NCBI GenBank assembly: GCA_963763075.1
Contig: CAVXNF010000001.1
Span: forward strand, 216,862-280,861
DNA: 64,000 bases
Direction of reading: 5' to 3'
Source of the DNA: an uncultured Chloroflexia bacterium
Lineage (GTDB): Bacteria; Chloroflexota; Limnocylindria; Limnocylindrales; CSP1-4
Of this stretch, positions 24,725 through 35,936 are shown piece after piece (position 1 is the first letter of the stretch; the number at the start of each line of letters is the position of its first letter). Below the pieces are notes generated by a model that saw only the letters and a program-made list of their open reading frames with translations, made no database searches and had not been told where the DNA came from. The position numbers were made by a program, and so were the translations under genes.

Positions 24725-25389
24725 AGGTCGAGATCTGGTCCGACGTCGTCTGCCCGTGGTGCTACATCGGGAAGCGGCGGTTCGAGGCGGCGCTCGCACC
24801 GGTTCGAGGCGGCCGACACGGTCGAGATCACGTGGCGCAGCTTCCAGCTCAACCCCGACTACCCGTCGGATCGCGCGAGACACACGACGCGTACCTGGCC
24901 CACAAGCTCGGCGTGACGCCGGCCCAGGTCGAGCAGCTCAACGAGCGAGTCGTGGCGCTCGCGGCGGCCGAGGGCCTGGACTACCACTTCGAGACATACG
25001 TCACGGTGAACACGTTCGATGCCCACCGGGTCACCCACCTGGCGAAGGCGCTCGGGCTGGGGCTGCCGATCCACGAGCGGTTCCTGCGCGCGCAGCTCGT
25101 CGAGGGCGAGATCCTCGATGACCCGGACACGCTCGCCCGGCTGGCCGCCGAGGTCGGCGTCCCCGAGGCCGAGACGCGCCGCGTGCTGGCGTCGGACGCG
25201 TACGCCGCCGAGGTCAGGGCGGACATCGAGGAGGCCCGCGCGATCGGCGTCAACGGCGTCCCGTTCTTCGTCCTCGACCGGCGCTACGGGATCTCCGGCG
25301 CCCAGCCGGCGGAGCTGTTCCTCGAGGCCCTCCAGGCGGCGCAGCGTGACGCCGAGGCCGAGGTCGTACCCGCGCCGGCCGGCGACTGA
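24721..25389 (+). CDS. DsbA/FrnE family thiol oxidoreductase
   Basis: 'VEIWSDVVCPWCYIGKRRF', 'NTFDAHR', 'GVNGVPFF', 'ISGAQP'. Confidence 0.9.
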   Translation: MKVEIWSDVVCPWCYIGKRRFEAALAPVRGGRHGRDHVAQLPAQPRLPVGSRETHDAYLAHKLGVTPAQVEQLNERVVALAAAEGLDYHFETYVTVNTFDAHRVTHLAKALGLGLPIHERFLRAQLVEGEILDDPDTLARLAAEVGVPEAETRRVLASDAYAAEVRADIEEARAIGVNGVPFFVLDRRYGISGAQPAELFLEALQAAQRDAEAEVVPAPAGD

Positions 25390-25401
25390 CCCCGCAGCCG
25401 C

Positions 25402-26048
25402 TCAGGAATCGTCCGCGTCGAGCCCCTCGTCCGGATCGGCCGCCGGCGCATCCTCGTCACCCACGTCAGGGAGCGCGTCCGCGAGCACGTCGATGAACTG
25501 CGCCTCGAGGAAGCCCGTGTAGGCGTACACGACCTTCGCGGCGGCATCGGGATCCTCCGGGTCGAACGAGGCGTCGTCGCCGTCATCGATCACGCCCGAG
25601 CCGCGTCCCGAGCACGAGCCGCAGGTCGTTGAGCACGTGGAGCCACGCCTCGGCGTCCGAGTCGTCGATCGTCCGGGCGTCGAGCGATGCCTCGACCGCC
25701 GCGATGTGCTCCCGCCGCGCGTCGTCGAGATCGCCGCGCACGAGGTCGCGGAACCCGGCGCTCCAGGCCGGGTCGTCGGGCCGGACGTCCGGGTACAGCC
25801 GGGCGATCACGGGGTCCGCTCGGCCCACGCGCTCTCGCCGCCCTCACCAGCCTCGGCGGCGTCGCGTCCGGCCCCGGTGCCGGTGGCGGGTCGTCGGCCT
25901 CCCACAGGCCGGGCGTGGGCGTCTCGTCGCCCACGATCGAGCGCAGGTCGTCCACGAGCGCGCGCAGGATCGCCCGCTCGTTGGGCGTCATCCGCAGGAG
26001 GATCGCGCCGTCGGGGAGCCGCACGACGCTGAGGCGCACCGTCGCCAC
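25402..26048 (-). CDS. DUF2017-like protein downstream of clpS, frameshifted
   Basis: 'DPVIARLYPD', 'AEAWLHVLNDLRLVLGTRLG', 'VYAYTGFLE'. Confidence 0.7.
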
Positions 26049-26050
26049 CG

Positions 26051-26353
26051 CTACTCCTCCTGCATCGTCGCCCACAGGCCGTGGGCGTGGAGGCGGGTGA
26101 CGTCGTGCTCGCACCGTTCCTGGGTCCCGCCGGAGACGACGGCCCGGCCCTCGTAGTGCACCTTGAGCATCAGCTCCTGCGCGTGGGCCTGGCTGTAGCC
26201 GAACAGCTTGCGGAACACGAACGTGACGTACGTCATGAGGTTGATCGGGTCGTTCCAGACGATCACGATCCAGCGCGGCGCGAGGACGGCGCGTTCGAGC
26301 TCGACGTCCTCGAGGACGGTGGTCGGATCCGCGGCGACGAACCGGGCGGTCAT
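26051..26353 (-). CDS. clpS: Clp protease adaptor ClpS
   Basis: '[26 protein letters not shown]', '[12 protein letters not shown]', 'LHAHGLWAT'. Confidence 0.93.
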   Translation of the reverse strand: MTARFVAADPTTVLEDVELERAVLAPRWIVIVWNDPINLMTYVTFVFRKLFGYSQAHAQELMLKVHYEGRAVVSGGTQERCEHDVTRLHAHGLWATMQEE

Positions 26354-26467
26354 GCCGCGGATCGTGCCACAGCGCGGCCCGTCGCACCGGCGAAAGCCCC
26401 CGGCGGCGGTTCGCAAGGGATCGGTGGCGCGGCGCGGGCTAGGGTCGGGGTCCAAGGAGGCCTGACC

Positions 26468-26910
26468 ATGACGCTCGAGGCCAACACGGCGCTCGTCCGC
26501 CGGTTCATCGACGAGGTGTTCGTCGCGCGCCGCGAGGACGCGATCGAGACCCTGCTCCACGAGGACTTCGTCGGCCACACGTGGGGTCCCGAGCCGGTCG
26601 ACCGCTCGTTTCTCCACGACGCGATCGAGCGGATCAACGCCGGCCTGTCCGACGTCGCGATGGAGGTCGAGGACACCGTCGCCGAGGGCGACCGGGTCGC
26701 GGTCCGGCTCGACGAGCCGCGCGCGGCAGACCGGCGAGCTGATGGGCATGCCCGCGACCGGCCGCTCGTACGAGATCGAGGAGATGCACTGGTTCCGGAT
26801 CGCCGACGGGCGGATCCGCGAGCACTGGCACGTGGCCGACCTGGCCGGGATGTTCCGCCAGCTCGGGCGTGTCGCCGCCGGCGCCGGCCGAGGCGGGCGC
26901 CCGGGCCTGA
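26468..26910 (+). CDS. SnoaL-like ester cyclase
   Basis: '[12 protein letters not shown]', '[10 protein letters not shown]', 'GMPATGR', '[12 protein letters not shown]'; indels. Confidence 0.82.
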
Positions 26911-26961
26911 CGCGCAGCTACGCCATCGCGTGCGCGCAGACATCCGGCCCCGCGACATGAA

Positions 26962-26998
26962 GACGCCGGGCCGCGACCCCTCGTCGCGACCCGGCGTC
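26962..26998 (-). terminator. 16-bp hairpin between convergent genes
   Basis: gacgccgggccgcgac-ccctc-gtcgcgacccggcgtc (the mismatch is G-U on the minus strand). Confidence 0.6.
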
Positions 26999-27000
26999 GT

Positions 27001-27657
27001 TCAGCCCTGGGTCAGGACGAACCGTACCGATAGTACTCCCGGTCCAGCTCGTAGCTGTCGGGGCCCGAAGGTCCCCGTCGCCATCTGGGCGATGAACCCG
27101 ACGACGGCGATCCCCAGCCAGACGACCAGCCAGATGAAGCTGTCGGCGATCTCGTTGCCGATGGCGAACCAGGTGATGTTGTCGGTCGGGATCGCGCCGG
27201 TCAGGATGAACCAGCCGCCGACGACCAACGCCGCCCCGCCGATCGCGGTGAGCGCGATGACGAGGTACTTGGGCACGTTGAGCATCAGCGTCGCGATCGC
27301 GAACACCGCGCCGAGCGCGATGCCCAGGATGAACGCGATGAGCCCGTCGTCGCTGCCGATCAGGCCCCACAGGCTGGAGCCGATGATGAACCCGACCGTG
27401 CCCGCGAGGACGGCGATCGCCGCGTAGTAGTAGAGATAGGCGAAGATGGCGAACACGAGCGCGAGGACGATGCCGATCGCCCAGCTCGTGAGTGTCGCGA
27501 ACGTCCCATCCCCGATGAGCGCCCGCACCCCCTCGGTGCCGAGGTTGAAGCCCACGAAAAAGCCCCAGAACGGCAGCAGGATCAGGAAGAACCTCCACCC
27601 TCCGAAGGCGAACAACGCCCCGAGAACCACTGCCAGGATCGCGATGACCAGTTGCAT
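27001..27657 (-). CDS. DUF4203-like multi-pass membrane protein
   Basis: 'GALFAFGGWRFFLILLPFWGFFVGF', 'TAIGGA', 'WLGIAVVGFIAQ'. Confidence 0.75.
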   Translation of the reverse strand: MQLVIAILAVVLGALFAFGGWRFFLILLPFWGFFVGFNLGTEGVRALIGDGTFATLTSWAIGIVLALVFAIFAYLYYYAAIAVLAGTVGFIIGSSLWGLIGSDDGLIAFILGIALGAVFAIATLMLNVPKYLVIALTAIGGAALVVGGWFILTGAIPTDNITWFAIGNEIADSFIWLVVWLGIAVVGFIAQMATGTFGPRQLRAGPGVLSVRFVLTQG

Positions 27658-27733
27658 CCAGACTCCCTCCGTCGACCGGATGTTCTGTTCCGGTCTCTGC
27701 GCGGATGATACGAACGAGCGCAAGCGCCGGTCA

Positions 27734-27750
27734 TCCCCCGCCTTGGATGA
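27734..27750. promoter_or_regulatory. TCACCY-N5-GGRTGA-type site (tccccc-gcctt-ggatga)
   Basis: One mismatch to consensus; lies in the divergent promoter 27657/27784. Confidence 0.55.
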
Positions 27751-27783
27751 TCGCGCGGGACGTCCTGCCCGCACAATGCGGGC

Positions 27784-28953
27784 ATGCAGATGACCGACGG
27801 ACCGTCCGGCACCCCGCCGCCCACCGCCCGGCTGGGCGCGGGACCGCTGACGCCGCTCCTCGCGATCGTGCTGGTGATGGTCGCGGCGCTCGCGCTGCGC
27901 GAGATCGCCTCGCTCGTCGTGCCCGGTCCTGTTCGGCCTGTTCCTCGCCCTCGTCGCGTGGCCGCTGGTCGGGCGGCTCGAGGCCCGCGGGAGCCGCCAC
28001 GCCGTCGCGCTGACCGCGACGCTCCTCGTCGTGCTCGCGATCGTCCTCGTCGTGGCGCTCGTCGTCGCGTTCTCGATCGCGGAGCTCGTGCTCCAGGTGC
28101 CCCGCTACGAGGACCGGTTCCGGGCCCTCGTCACCGCCGCCCAGGAGCTGCTCGCGGGCTTCGGCGTCACGGTCGACCCCGAGGCGATCGCGTCGGTCGT
28201 GTCGGTGAGCCAGGTGCTGTCCTGGCTGCGGCCCGTCGCGTCGGCCGCGTCCGCGACCGGGCTGGGGTTGCTCGTGCTCACGCTCACGATGGTCTACGCG
28301 CTCGCCGGGGGCAGCTCGCTTCAGGCACGCGCCGAGGCGACGTTCGGGGCCGAGGGCAAGCTCCTGTCGGGGATCGAGCAGTTCGGCGCCGACCTGCGGA
28401 AGTACCTGCTCGTCCGGGCGCAGCTGGGCGTGTTCGCGGCTGTGCTGTCGGCGATCCTCCTGTGGGTCCTCAACGTGCCGTTCCCGCTGCTGTGGGCGTT
28501 CCTCGTGTTCGCGGCGTCGTTCATCCCCAACATCGGCACGTTCATCGCGGTCGTCCCGCCGGCGATCCTCGCGCTGCTCGGGGGCGGGGTCGCTGCCGGC
28601 GGTCGCCGTCGTCGTCGGCTACACGCTGATCAACTTCGCCCAGGACCACTTCCTGCAGCCGGTCGTCATGGGCTCCGAGCTCAACCTCACCCCCCTCGTC
28701 GTGTTCCTGTCGGTGCTCGCGTGGGCGTGGATCCTCGGCCCGGCCGGGGCGCTGCTCGCGGTGCCGCTCACGGTGGGCCTCGTCGCGATCCTCGAGGCGT
28801 ACCCGTCGGGGGCGCGGATCGCGGCCCTGCTGCGCAACCGGCTCGACGAGCGGCCGGGGCTGCCGGACCTGGTGCCGGAGACGGGCGGGATCGTGGTCGC
28901 GACGTCGACGACGGACGTCGCGCGGCCGGCCGACGACGGCGACGGACGCCTGA
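27784..28953 (+). CDS. AI-2E (PerM/TqsA) family transporter, frameshifted
   Basis: 'SFIPNIG..IAVVPP', 'LQPVVMG..LNLTPLVVFLSVLAWAWILGPAGALLAVPLT'. Confidence 0.85.
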
Positions 28954-28958
28954 GCGCG

Positions 28959-29294
28959 TTACTCCAGCGCCGCCTCGACGTCGTACCCGGCCGCGAGCGC
29001 GATCCGGGGAGCCGCGGCGATGACCCTCGCCGAGCCGACCGTGCCGGCGACGGCGTACACGGCGGCCAGCAGGTCCTCGAGCCGGGCGCCCGTCCGCTGG
29101 GCCGCGCCGACCGCGGAACGGAACGAGGACGGCGGGGCATCGAGGGCGATCAGGGCGGCCACCTGGAGGAGCGCCTCGGTGCGCGCGTCGAGGTGCGGCG
29201 CGGTCCGGTCCGGGTCGCGTCGGTCGACGATCTCCGCGAGCAGCAGGGGATCGCCGATCGTCAGTCGTCGGAAGGCTTCATCCGCGCGCGGCAT
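28959..29294 (-). CDS. Carboxymuconolactone decarboxylase (AhpD-like) family protein
   Basis: 'LDARTEALLQVAALIALDAP..SF', 'VGSARVIAAAP.IALAAGYD'. Confidence 0.7.
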   Translation of the reverse strand: MPRADEAFRRLTIGDPLLLAEIVDRRDPDRTAPHLDARTEALLQVAALIALDAPPSSFRSAVGAAQRTGARLEDLLAAVYAVAGTVGSARVIAAAPRIALAAGYDVEAALE

Positions 29295-29376
29295 GCCTCA
29301 CCAGAACCCCTCGTCGTCTCCGGCGGTTGTACGTCCGTCGTAGGCCGCAGTGAATGGCCCACGGCGGTGGCGCGCA

Positions 29377-29411
29377 TCACCCGCCGCGGGTGAATCACCT
29401 TGACCGGGTGA
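29377..29411. promoter_or_regulatory. Tandem pair of TCACCY-N5-GGGTGA palindromes
   Basis: tcaccc-gccgc-gggtga (29377-93) and tcacct-tgacc-gggtga (29395-411), between divergent genes. Confidence 0.75.
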
Positions 29412-29471
29412 TGCTGGGGGGTACCGTTGAGCAGTTGCATGAACGTCTGGACATCTAGAGGAGGAACGACC

Positions 29472-29924
29472 GTGACTTTGGGGCCGCTGGAATACACCGT
29501 CATCGGCTTCGCTGGCAACAACTTCGATGGCAGCATCGCGGACGAGATCGGGCGGGTCGTCGAGAACGGCACCATCCGCATCGTGGACGCGGTCGCGATC
29601 ATCAAGGACGCCGAGGGCGAAGTTGCCATCGTCGAGATCGATGCCAAGAGCGATGAGCGGTTCGCGTCGATCGCGCCGCTGCTCGAGGGCCGCATGGGGC
29701 TGTTCACGCCCGAGGACCTCGCGACGCTCGCCGAGGGCATCCCCGCCGAGACCTCGGCGCTCGTGCTGCTGTTCGAGCATCGCTGGGCCGTGCGCGTCAA
29801 GGAGGCGATCCAGAACGCGGGCGGCGTGCTGATCGCCCGGTCGGTGATCCCGCCGGAGATCCTCGAGGAGGCCTCCGCCGAGCTCGAGGCCTATGCTGCG
29901 CAGCTGGAGGCCGGTGTCGCCTGA
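29472..29924 (+). CDS. DUF6325/DUF1269-like acidic protein
   Basis: GAGGA RBS; 'GPLEYTVIGF.GN.FDG.IA', 'GTIRIVD', 'LLFEHRWA'. Confidence 0.75.
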   Translation: MTLGPLEYTVIGFAGNNFDGSIADEIGRVVENGTIRIVDAVAIIKDAEGEVAIVEIDAKSDERFASIAPLLEGRMGLFTPEDLATLAEGIPAETSALVLLFEHRWAVRVKEAIQNAGGVLIARSVIPPEILEEASAELEAYAAQLEAGVA

Positions 29925-29979
29925 CGCGCTTCGCTGAACGTCGCCACCAGTCACCATTGCGATCGAGGAGGACCTATCG

Positions 29980-30300
29980 ATGATGATGCGTCGTCGCGGC
30001 CGGCCGCTCATGCGTGCCGCCGCCACCACAGCGGTCGTCGCCGGCACCGCCGGAGCCGTCCGTCACCACCAGGAAACCAAGTACGCCAACCAGGCTGCCC
30101 AGCAGCAGGCGGAGTACGAGCAGGCGTACCAGCAGGGCGCCGCCGAGGCTCAGCCTGCACCCGCTCCCGCCGCCGCGCCGGCAGCCGCGCCGCCGGCGGG
30201 CATCGACATGGCGCAGCTCAAGCAGCTGGGGGATCTCCACGCCGCGGGCGTCCTCACCGACGAGGAGTTCGCCGCGGCGAAGGCGAAGCTGCTGGGCTGA
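29980..30300 (+). CDS. SHOCT domain protein
   Basis: 'AATTAVVAGTAGAV', Ala/Pro linker, 'LKQLGDLHAAGVLTDEEFAAAKAKLL'. Confidence 0.88.
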   Translation: MMMRRRGRPLMRAAATTAVVAGTAGAVRHHQETKYANQAAQQQAEYEQAYQQGAAEAQPAPAPAAAPAAAPPAGIDMAQLKQLGDLHAAGVLTDEEFAAAKAKLLG

Positions 30301-30370
30301 CCCGGGTCGCGCCCACCGTCGCGCACGCGACGAGCGACCGACAGATCCGCACTGAGGGAGATCGACCTAC

Positions 30371-30776
30371 ATGAAGAACCCGCCCATTCTCATCTCCGTT
30401 CTCGGCTTCTTCGGGGCCATGGCCGGCTTCGCCTGGCTGTTCTTCGGCCTCCGGCTGCTCGGCTTCGACTGGTTCGGCGCGCTGGGTGACGTCCCGGCGT
30501 TCGAGTCGGCGGGCCTCTGGGGCTGGCTGGCGATCGCCGGTGGCATCGCCTGGCTGCTCGCCTCGTTCGGCCTGTGGTCCCTCCAGCCCTGGGCATGGAC
30601 GTTCGCCATGATCGTCGCGGGCTTCGCGATCTTCGAGGCCGTCCTGTACATGATCCAGTACGCGGGCAGCGGCATCGGCCTCGGCATGATGATCCTCCCC
30701 GGATCATCATCATCTACCTGATGACCCGCGAGGTGAAGTCGCGTTCGGCATCGGGGAGCCGTCCTCGGTGGCCTGA
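30371..30776 (+). CDS. Four-TM membrane protein (end approximate)
   Basis: 'GLWSLQPWAW', 'IIIYLMTREVK' after an indel. Confidence 0.7.
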
Positions 30777-31074
30777 CCCACGGCCGGCTCGGCCGGCCAC
30801 CTGCACGACATCGAGGCGCATCCGCGAGGGTGCGCCTCGATCGATTCCGGGGGCCTGCGGCGACCCGGACGCGTCGCCTGGCCGGGTCGCCCGGCGTCCA
30901 CTGAGCGCTCCGGCGCCACCTGGATCGCCGGGCGTTCCAGCCGTCGCAGGTGCATCCGGGCCGCGCGGCGTCCCGCGTGGAGCGGATCCCGGCAGCTGGA
31001 ACGCCGGCGGATCCACGGCCCGGAGCCAGCGGTCGAGAGCACTGGGCGCGAGAACCCGGCCCCGGGCACGATCG

Positions 31075-33239
31075 TCAGTCGTCGCCGCCGAACACGAGGC
31101 GGAACAGGACGAAGAAGCTCACCAGCAGCGTGACCCCGAACACGATGATCGCGATGTAGGCGAGCCCGGTGAACGCGGCGAGCTGCGGCTGGAGCAGGAT
31201 CGTCATCGCGATCGCCGTGCCGATGAGCTGGCCCACGACGATGATCCCGCCGGTCGCCTGGCGGCCCATCCCCTCGATCCGCCCGATCGACTCGTTGAGG
31301 TCCGACGTGTCGAGCTCGACGGTCAGCCCGCCCTTGTTCACCACGTCCAGCCACTTGAACGCCGCCGCTTCCAGCGTCGGCGCGCGGCGGGCGAGCTCCT
31401 TGGACAGGCGGACGCCCGTCGACTGCAGCTGGCGGGTCAGCTTCTCCGGCTCGAGCTGCTCGAGGAACGCCGCCTTGGCCTCGGTGATCGCCGCCGACGC
31501 GACGTCGACGTCGGGCGACAGGTTGCGGGCGGTCTCCTCCGCCTGGACGGTCGCCTTGATCGCGAGCGTCAGGCTGCTGTCGAGCCGCAGCCCGTTGTCG
31601 AACACGGCGCTCATGAAGCCGGTCAGGGCGCCGCCCATCGACTGCACCCCGCCGTAGACGAGGTAGCGCCGCGCGAGGCGGTCGATGTCGGCGCGGAACT
31701 GCGCCTCGTCGAAGCCCTTCATCGGCGTGCCCAGCGCCAGGAGCCCGTCGGCGATGGCCGGGATGTCGATCTCCTTGACGGCGTAGATCAGGCCCAGGAG
31801 GTCGACCCGCTGCGTGCTGTTCAGCTGGCCCGACGAGCCCCATGTCGAGGAACACGAGCCGCTTCGTCGCCGGGTCGGCCATCAGGTTGCCCGGGTGCGG
31901 GTCGCCGTGGAAGAACCCGTCGATGAGCACCTGCTTGATGACCGCCTGGATGAACGTGCCCGCCAGCGCCGTCGTGTCGAAGCCCGCCGCCCGCAGCTCG
32001 TCCGCGTGCGAGATCTTGATGCCCGCGATGAAGTCCATGGTCAGGACCCGCACGCCCGACAGCTGGTCGTGGATCCGGGGCACGGTGATCTCGGGGAAGC
32101 GGGCCATGTTGTCCGCGAGCCGCTTCGCGTGGTACGCCTCGTTCGTGTAGTCGAGCTCGCGCAGCACGCCCGCCGGCGAACTCGTTGACGAGCGCGCGGG
32201 CGCTGATCTTCCGGGCGATCGCGAGCCGCCGCTCGGCGATCGAGGCGAGCTCCGTGATGACGCCGAGGTCCGCCTTGGTCTTGGCGACGATCTGCGGCCG
32301 CTGGACCTTGACCGCGACGACCGTCCCGTCGTGGAGCGTCGCCTTGTGGACCTGGGCCGTCGACGCGGCCGCGAACGGCACCGGGTCGATCGTCGCGAAC
32401 AGCTCCTCCGGGTCACGGCCGAGCTCGCCGCGGATGACGGCGCGCGCCTCCTCCCACGGGAACGGCGCCGCGTCGCTCTGGAGCTTCGACAGCTCCGTGA
32501 TGAGGTCGGCCGGCAGGACGTCGCCGCGGCTGGCGATCATCTGGCCGATCTTCACGTATGTCGGGCCGAGCTGCTGGAGCAGCAGCCGGAAGCGGACGGC
32601 GCCCGACGTCCCGACGAGCTGGTCCTCCTCGTGGAGGATCCGCTGCCCGAACCAGATCCGGAAGCGGCCGACCGGCGTCTTCTGGAGCACCGAGTCGAGG
32701 ACGGCCGCGTAGATCGCGTCGTAGACCTGCTGCAGCCGCAGGTTCTCGATGATCAGGTTGCGGCGCGGGGTGGGCAGCGACTCGAGGAACCGCCAGATCG
32801 CGGCCGTCGGGCCGTCCGGGGTGATCCGCGGCCGGTTCAGCCCGAGCACCGCGTCGAGGACCGAGGTCAGGATCGTGTACAGGGCGGCCGTCACGACGAA
32901 CCACAGCAGGGCGGGCTGGGCGATGACGGCGATGTCGGGCGCGAGCAGCGAGGCGATCCACAGCACGAGCGTGTTGGCCGCGATGAGGAACAGGCCCATC
33001 GTCGACAGGATCAGCCGGCCGGTGAACGCCACGATGACCGGTCGCACGAAGCGCTCGGTCAGCACGAGGAACATCGCCGCGACGAGGAACGGGACGATCC
33101 CGGCGCCACGGAGCTGGAGGATCGGCGCGCTGTCGGGCCCGAACGGGAACGGCTGCGAGACCGTCGGGATGCTCAGCAGCAGGATGATGACCAGGAGGAC
33201 GAGCGCATCCGCCAGGGCCTCGACGATGAACCGGCGCAT
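31075..33239 (-). CDS. ABC1/AarF/UbiB atypical kinase with N-terminal 4-TM holin-like (DUF360-type) domain
   Basis: 'LGPTYVKIGQ', 'PFAAASTAQVH', 'VAVKVQRP', 'ELDY', 'GFFHGDPHPGN', 'LDMG'; N-terminal 'FVRPVI..ILSTMGLFLIAANTLVL'. Two indels. Confidence 0.85.
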
Positions 33240-33300
33240 CCCGTCCTCCTTTCCTGGTGGTGTCGCCCGCAGGCGACGTGATCAGGCTAGCCGGGATTCG

Positions 33301-34140
33301 TCAGCTGCCGGACGGCGTGCTGCCGCCGGCGTAGAACTCGAGCGCGGTCTTCGTCTTGGTCTGCTGCTCGCCGTCGAGGTTGATCCCGCGCTCCACGAGG
33401 TAGGCGCGCGTCTCGCCTGCGATCTTGAGCGCGTCCTCGGGCAGGCACTTCGTCGACAGCTCGAGGATCCGCGAGCCGTCCGGGTAGAACCACACCTCCG
33501 CGACAAGCGACTGGATCGAGCGCTTCGTCACGCCGAGCTGGACGTCGAAGCGGGACTTGAGCAGGAACGTCGGCCCGAGCGGCTCGAGATCGTCGAGCGC
33601 GATGCCCTCGGGCGCGTGCGCCCGGTAGAACTCGCGCTGCGACTTCGAGAACAGGCGGCGCAGCGGGGCGTGCGCCGGTCGCCGCCTCGCGGACCTCGTC
33701 GCCGGTCGTGCGGCCCTTGAGCGACGCCGAGCACACGAAGCCGCCGGGCAGGACGTCGACCTCGACGTTGAAGTCGGCCTGGCGCCGGAGGGAGGCGGGC
33801 AGGTCCGCGGGCTCGACGGGCCGGAGCTTGATCACCGTGTCGCCACGCCCGCCCTGCGTGCGTCGAGCGCGCACGACGAGCCCGGCCTTGTTGAGGGTCA
33901 GGTCCGGGGTGTCGAAGAAGTAGACCTGCCGGGGCTGCGCCTCGACGGGGTCGAGCGGGAGGCCCTGGATCGTCGCCCGATGCTGGTCGACCGGGCACGG
34001 TCGCCTTGAGCTCGACGCTGTCCGCACCGCGGATGAGCTTGAGCACCTCGCCGACCTGCGCGTCGGACAGGCGGCTGGTGCCGCCGGTGGTGGCCGGGCG
34101 CCGCGGTTGCCGCCGCGGTCTTCGCCTTCGTGGGACTCAT
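33301..34140 (-). CDS. CYTH/triphosphate-tunnel-like protein, frameshifted
   Basis: 'SVELKATV', 'VYFFDTPDL.L..GLVVRAR', 'VIKLRP', 'ILELSTK', 'QQTKT..ALEF'. Confidence 0.7.
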
Positions 34141-35652
34141 CTCGATACCTCCGATGCGGTCTGGGTGACGCCGAACCGCGTTGCCAGGACGCCGTGCCGG
34201 AGGCCACGGTCGCTGACCGTCAGCCGGTCGGCGCCGAGCGCGTCCATCACCGATGCCACGACGCACGCCCCGGCGAGGATCACGTCCGCGCGCTTGGGCT
34301 GGAGCCCCGGGATCGCGCGCCGCTCGGCGGCGGGGAGGGTCCGGTACAGCTCGAGCTGGCGTCCGAGCTCCGAGCGCTCGAGGACGCTGCCCTGGATGAC
34401 GTCCGGGTCGTACGTCGTCATGCCGTGGGACACGGCGGCGATGTTCGTGACCGCGCCGCCCATCCCGACCAGCCGGTCCACCGGGTCGCGGCCGTCGAGC
34501 CGCGACAGGTCGGCGCGGATGGCGGCCAGCGCCTCCGCCAGCACCTCGGTCGAGACGGGGCCGTCGAGGCCGAACCGCTCCGTGAACCGCACGGCGCCGA
34601 CGTCGACGCTGAACCGCTCCGAGACCTCGGTCCCCGTGCCGAACGTGAGCTGGGTGCTGCCGCCGCCCGTGTCGAACACCGCCAGCGACGCGTCCGGCAG
34701 CCCGAGCCCGGCGAGGACCGCGAGGTACGCGAGGCGTGCCTCGTCCTCCCCCGAGATGACCTCGATCCGCACGCCGGTCGCCTCGGCGACGGCCTGGACG
34801 ACGTCGTCGCCGTTGGTCGCGATCCGCAGCCCGGCCGTGCCGACCGCCACGATCGCGACGGCGTGCAGCTCGTCCGCCTCGCGGACCATGCCGGCGATCG
34901 CGTCACGCGTGCGAGCGAGCGCGTCCGGCGTCACCACCCCGCCCGCCTCCAGTCCCTCGCCCAGGCGGGTGAGCTCGGCGCGGTCGACCAGCGTCCGGAA
35001 CCCGCCGTCGTCCCGTTCCGCCACGTGGAACTTGATCGAGTTCGTGCCGGCGTCGATGACCGCGTAGCGAGGCGGCACGCCGTCGAGCAGCGCGGCGAGG
35101 CCCGGCGGGTACGCGGTGTTGCGGTAGTCGGCGAGGCCCAGCGTCCGGACGGCCGCGGTCACCAGCGCCGGATCCTCCGTCTCGACCGCGATCGTCCGCG
35201 TCGTCCGGCCGTCGGCGACGACGTCGGTGAGCTCCGAGGTGCAGCCGTCGATCACGTAGCGCACGCGATGCTTGTGGACCGCCACGGCGCGCACGCCGGT
35301 GCCCGGCCCGGTCAGCTCGGCCTCAAGCTGCTCCGCCGTGTAGGTCTCGCGCGCGAGGGCGGGCGCCGGGAGCCGCAGCGCCTCCCACACGGCGCGAATC
35401 GCCTCTCCGTCGATCGGGAAGGCAACCTTGAGGACGGGCCGCCATTGCTGGAGCCCGTTCGCGTCCACGGCGAGCAGCGCCTTCACGTCCATCAGCCCGT
35501 CGCGGATCTTGACGGTGGTGCCGCCGGCCGACAGGAGGTAGCGCTCGTCGCTGTCGGCCGTGCCGCGTCGGCGTGCGTCCTTCGAACGCCGGGGCCCCGG
35601 CCTCCGCGCCCGCCCCGAACGTGCGCCATTCCCAGCGTGCGCCGCTTGCCAT
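34137..35652 (-). CDS. Ppx/GppA phosphatase with N-terminal CYTH-like domain
   Basis: 'AVIDAGTNSIK', 'TRLGEG', 'ISGEDEARL', 'DTGGGSTQ', 'RADVILAG', 'GLRHG'; N-terminal 'RWEWRTF..SDERYL..VKIRDG..VHKHR'. Confidence 0.85.
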
Positions 35653-35704
35653 CCACTCCTCCGCGATCCTGCTCGCATGGTCACCGGGCCGGGCACGCTG
35701 TGCG

Positions 35705-35721
35705 TCGCCCGCTTCGGGTGA
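35705..35721. promoter_or_regulatory. TCACCY-N5-GGRTGA-type site (tcgccc-gcttc-gggtga)
   Basis: One mismatch; in the divergent region between ppx and the LuxR regulator. Confidence 0.65.
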
Positions 35722-35936
35722 GACACGCACGGGCGCGGACTGCAACGACCTTGCAATCACGGGCTTCAGGGTGGCAGGTGGCATGTATTGTGGAGCTTCG
35801 ACCACGCACAACGCGCACCTCTGGAGCTCACCCTGCGTCCCGATCCACGGGCAGATCCGAACGCGGCACACCCGTCGGCGGGCGCTGGCACGCCGACCGG
35901 GGCATGCGCACGCCACGCAACCGGGGGTCCATCGGC

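Noticed and set aside
34107-35936. N-terminal extension of the LuxR ORF (1382 aa)
   Set aside because: It is antisense to ppx; the MalT-like sequence begins near 35937.
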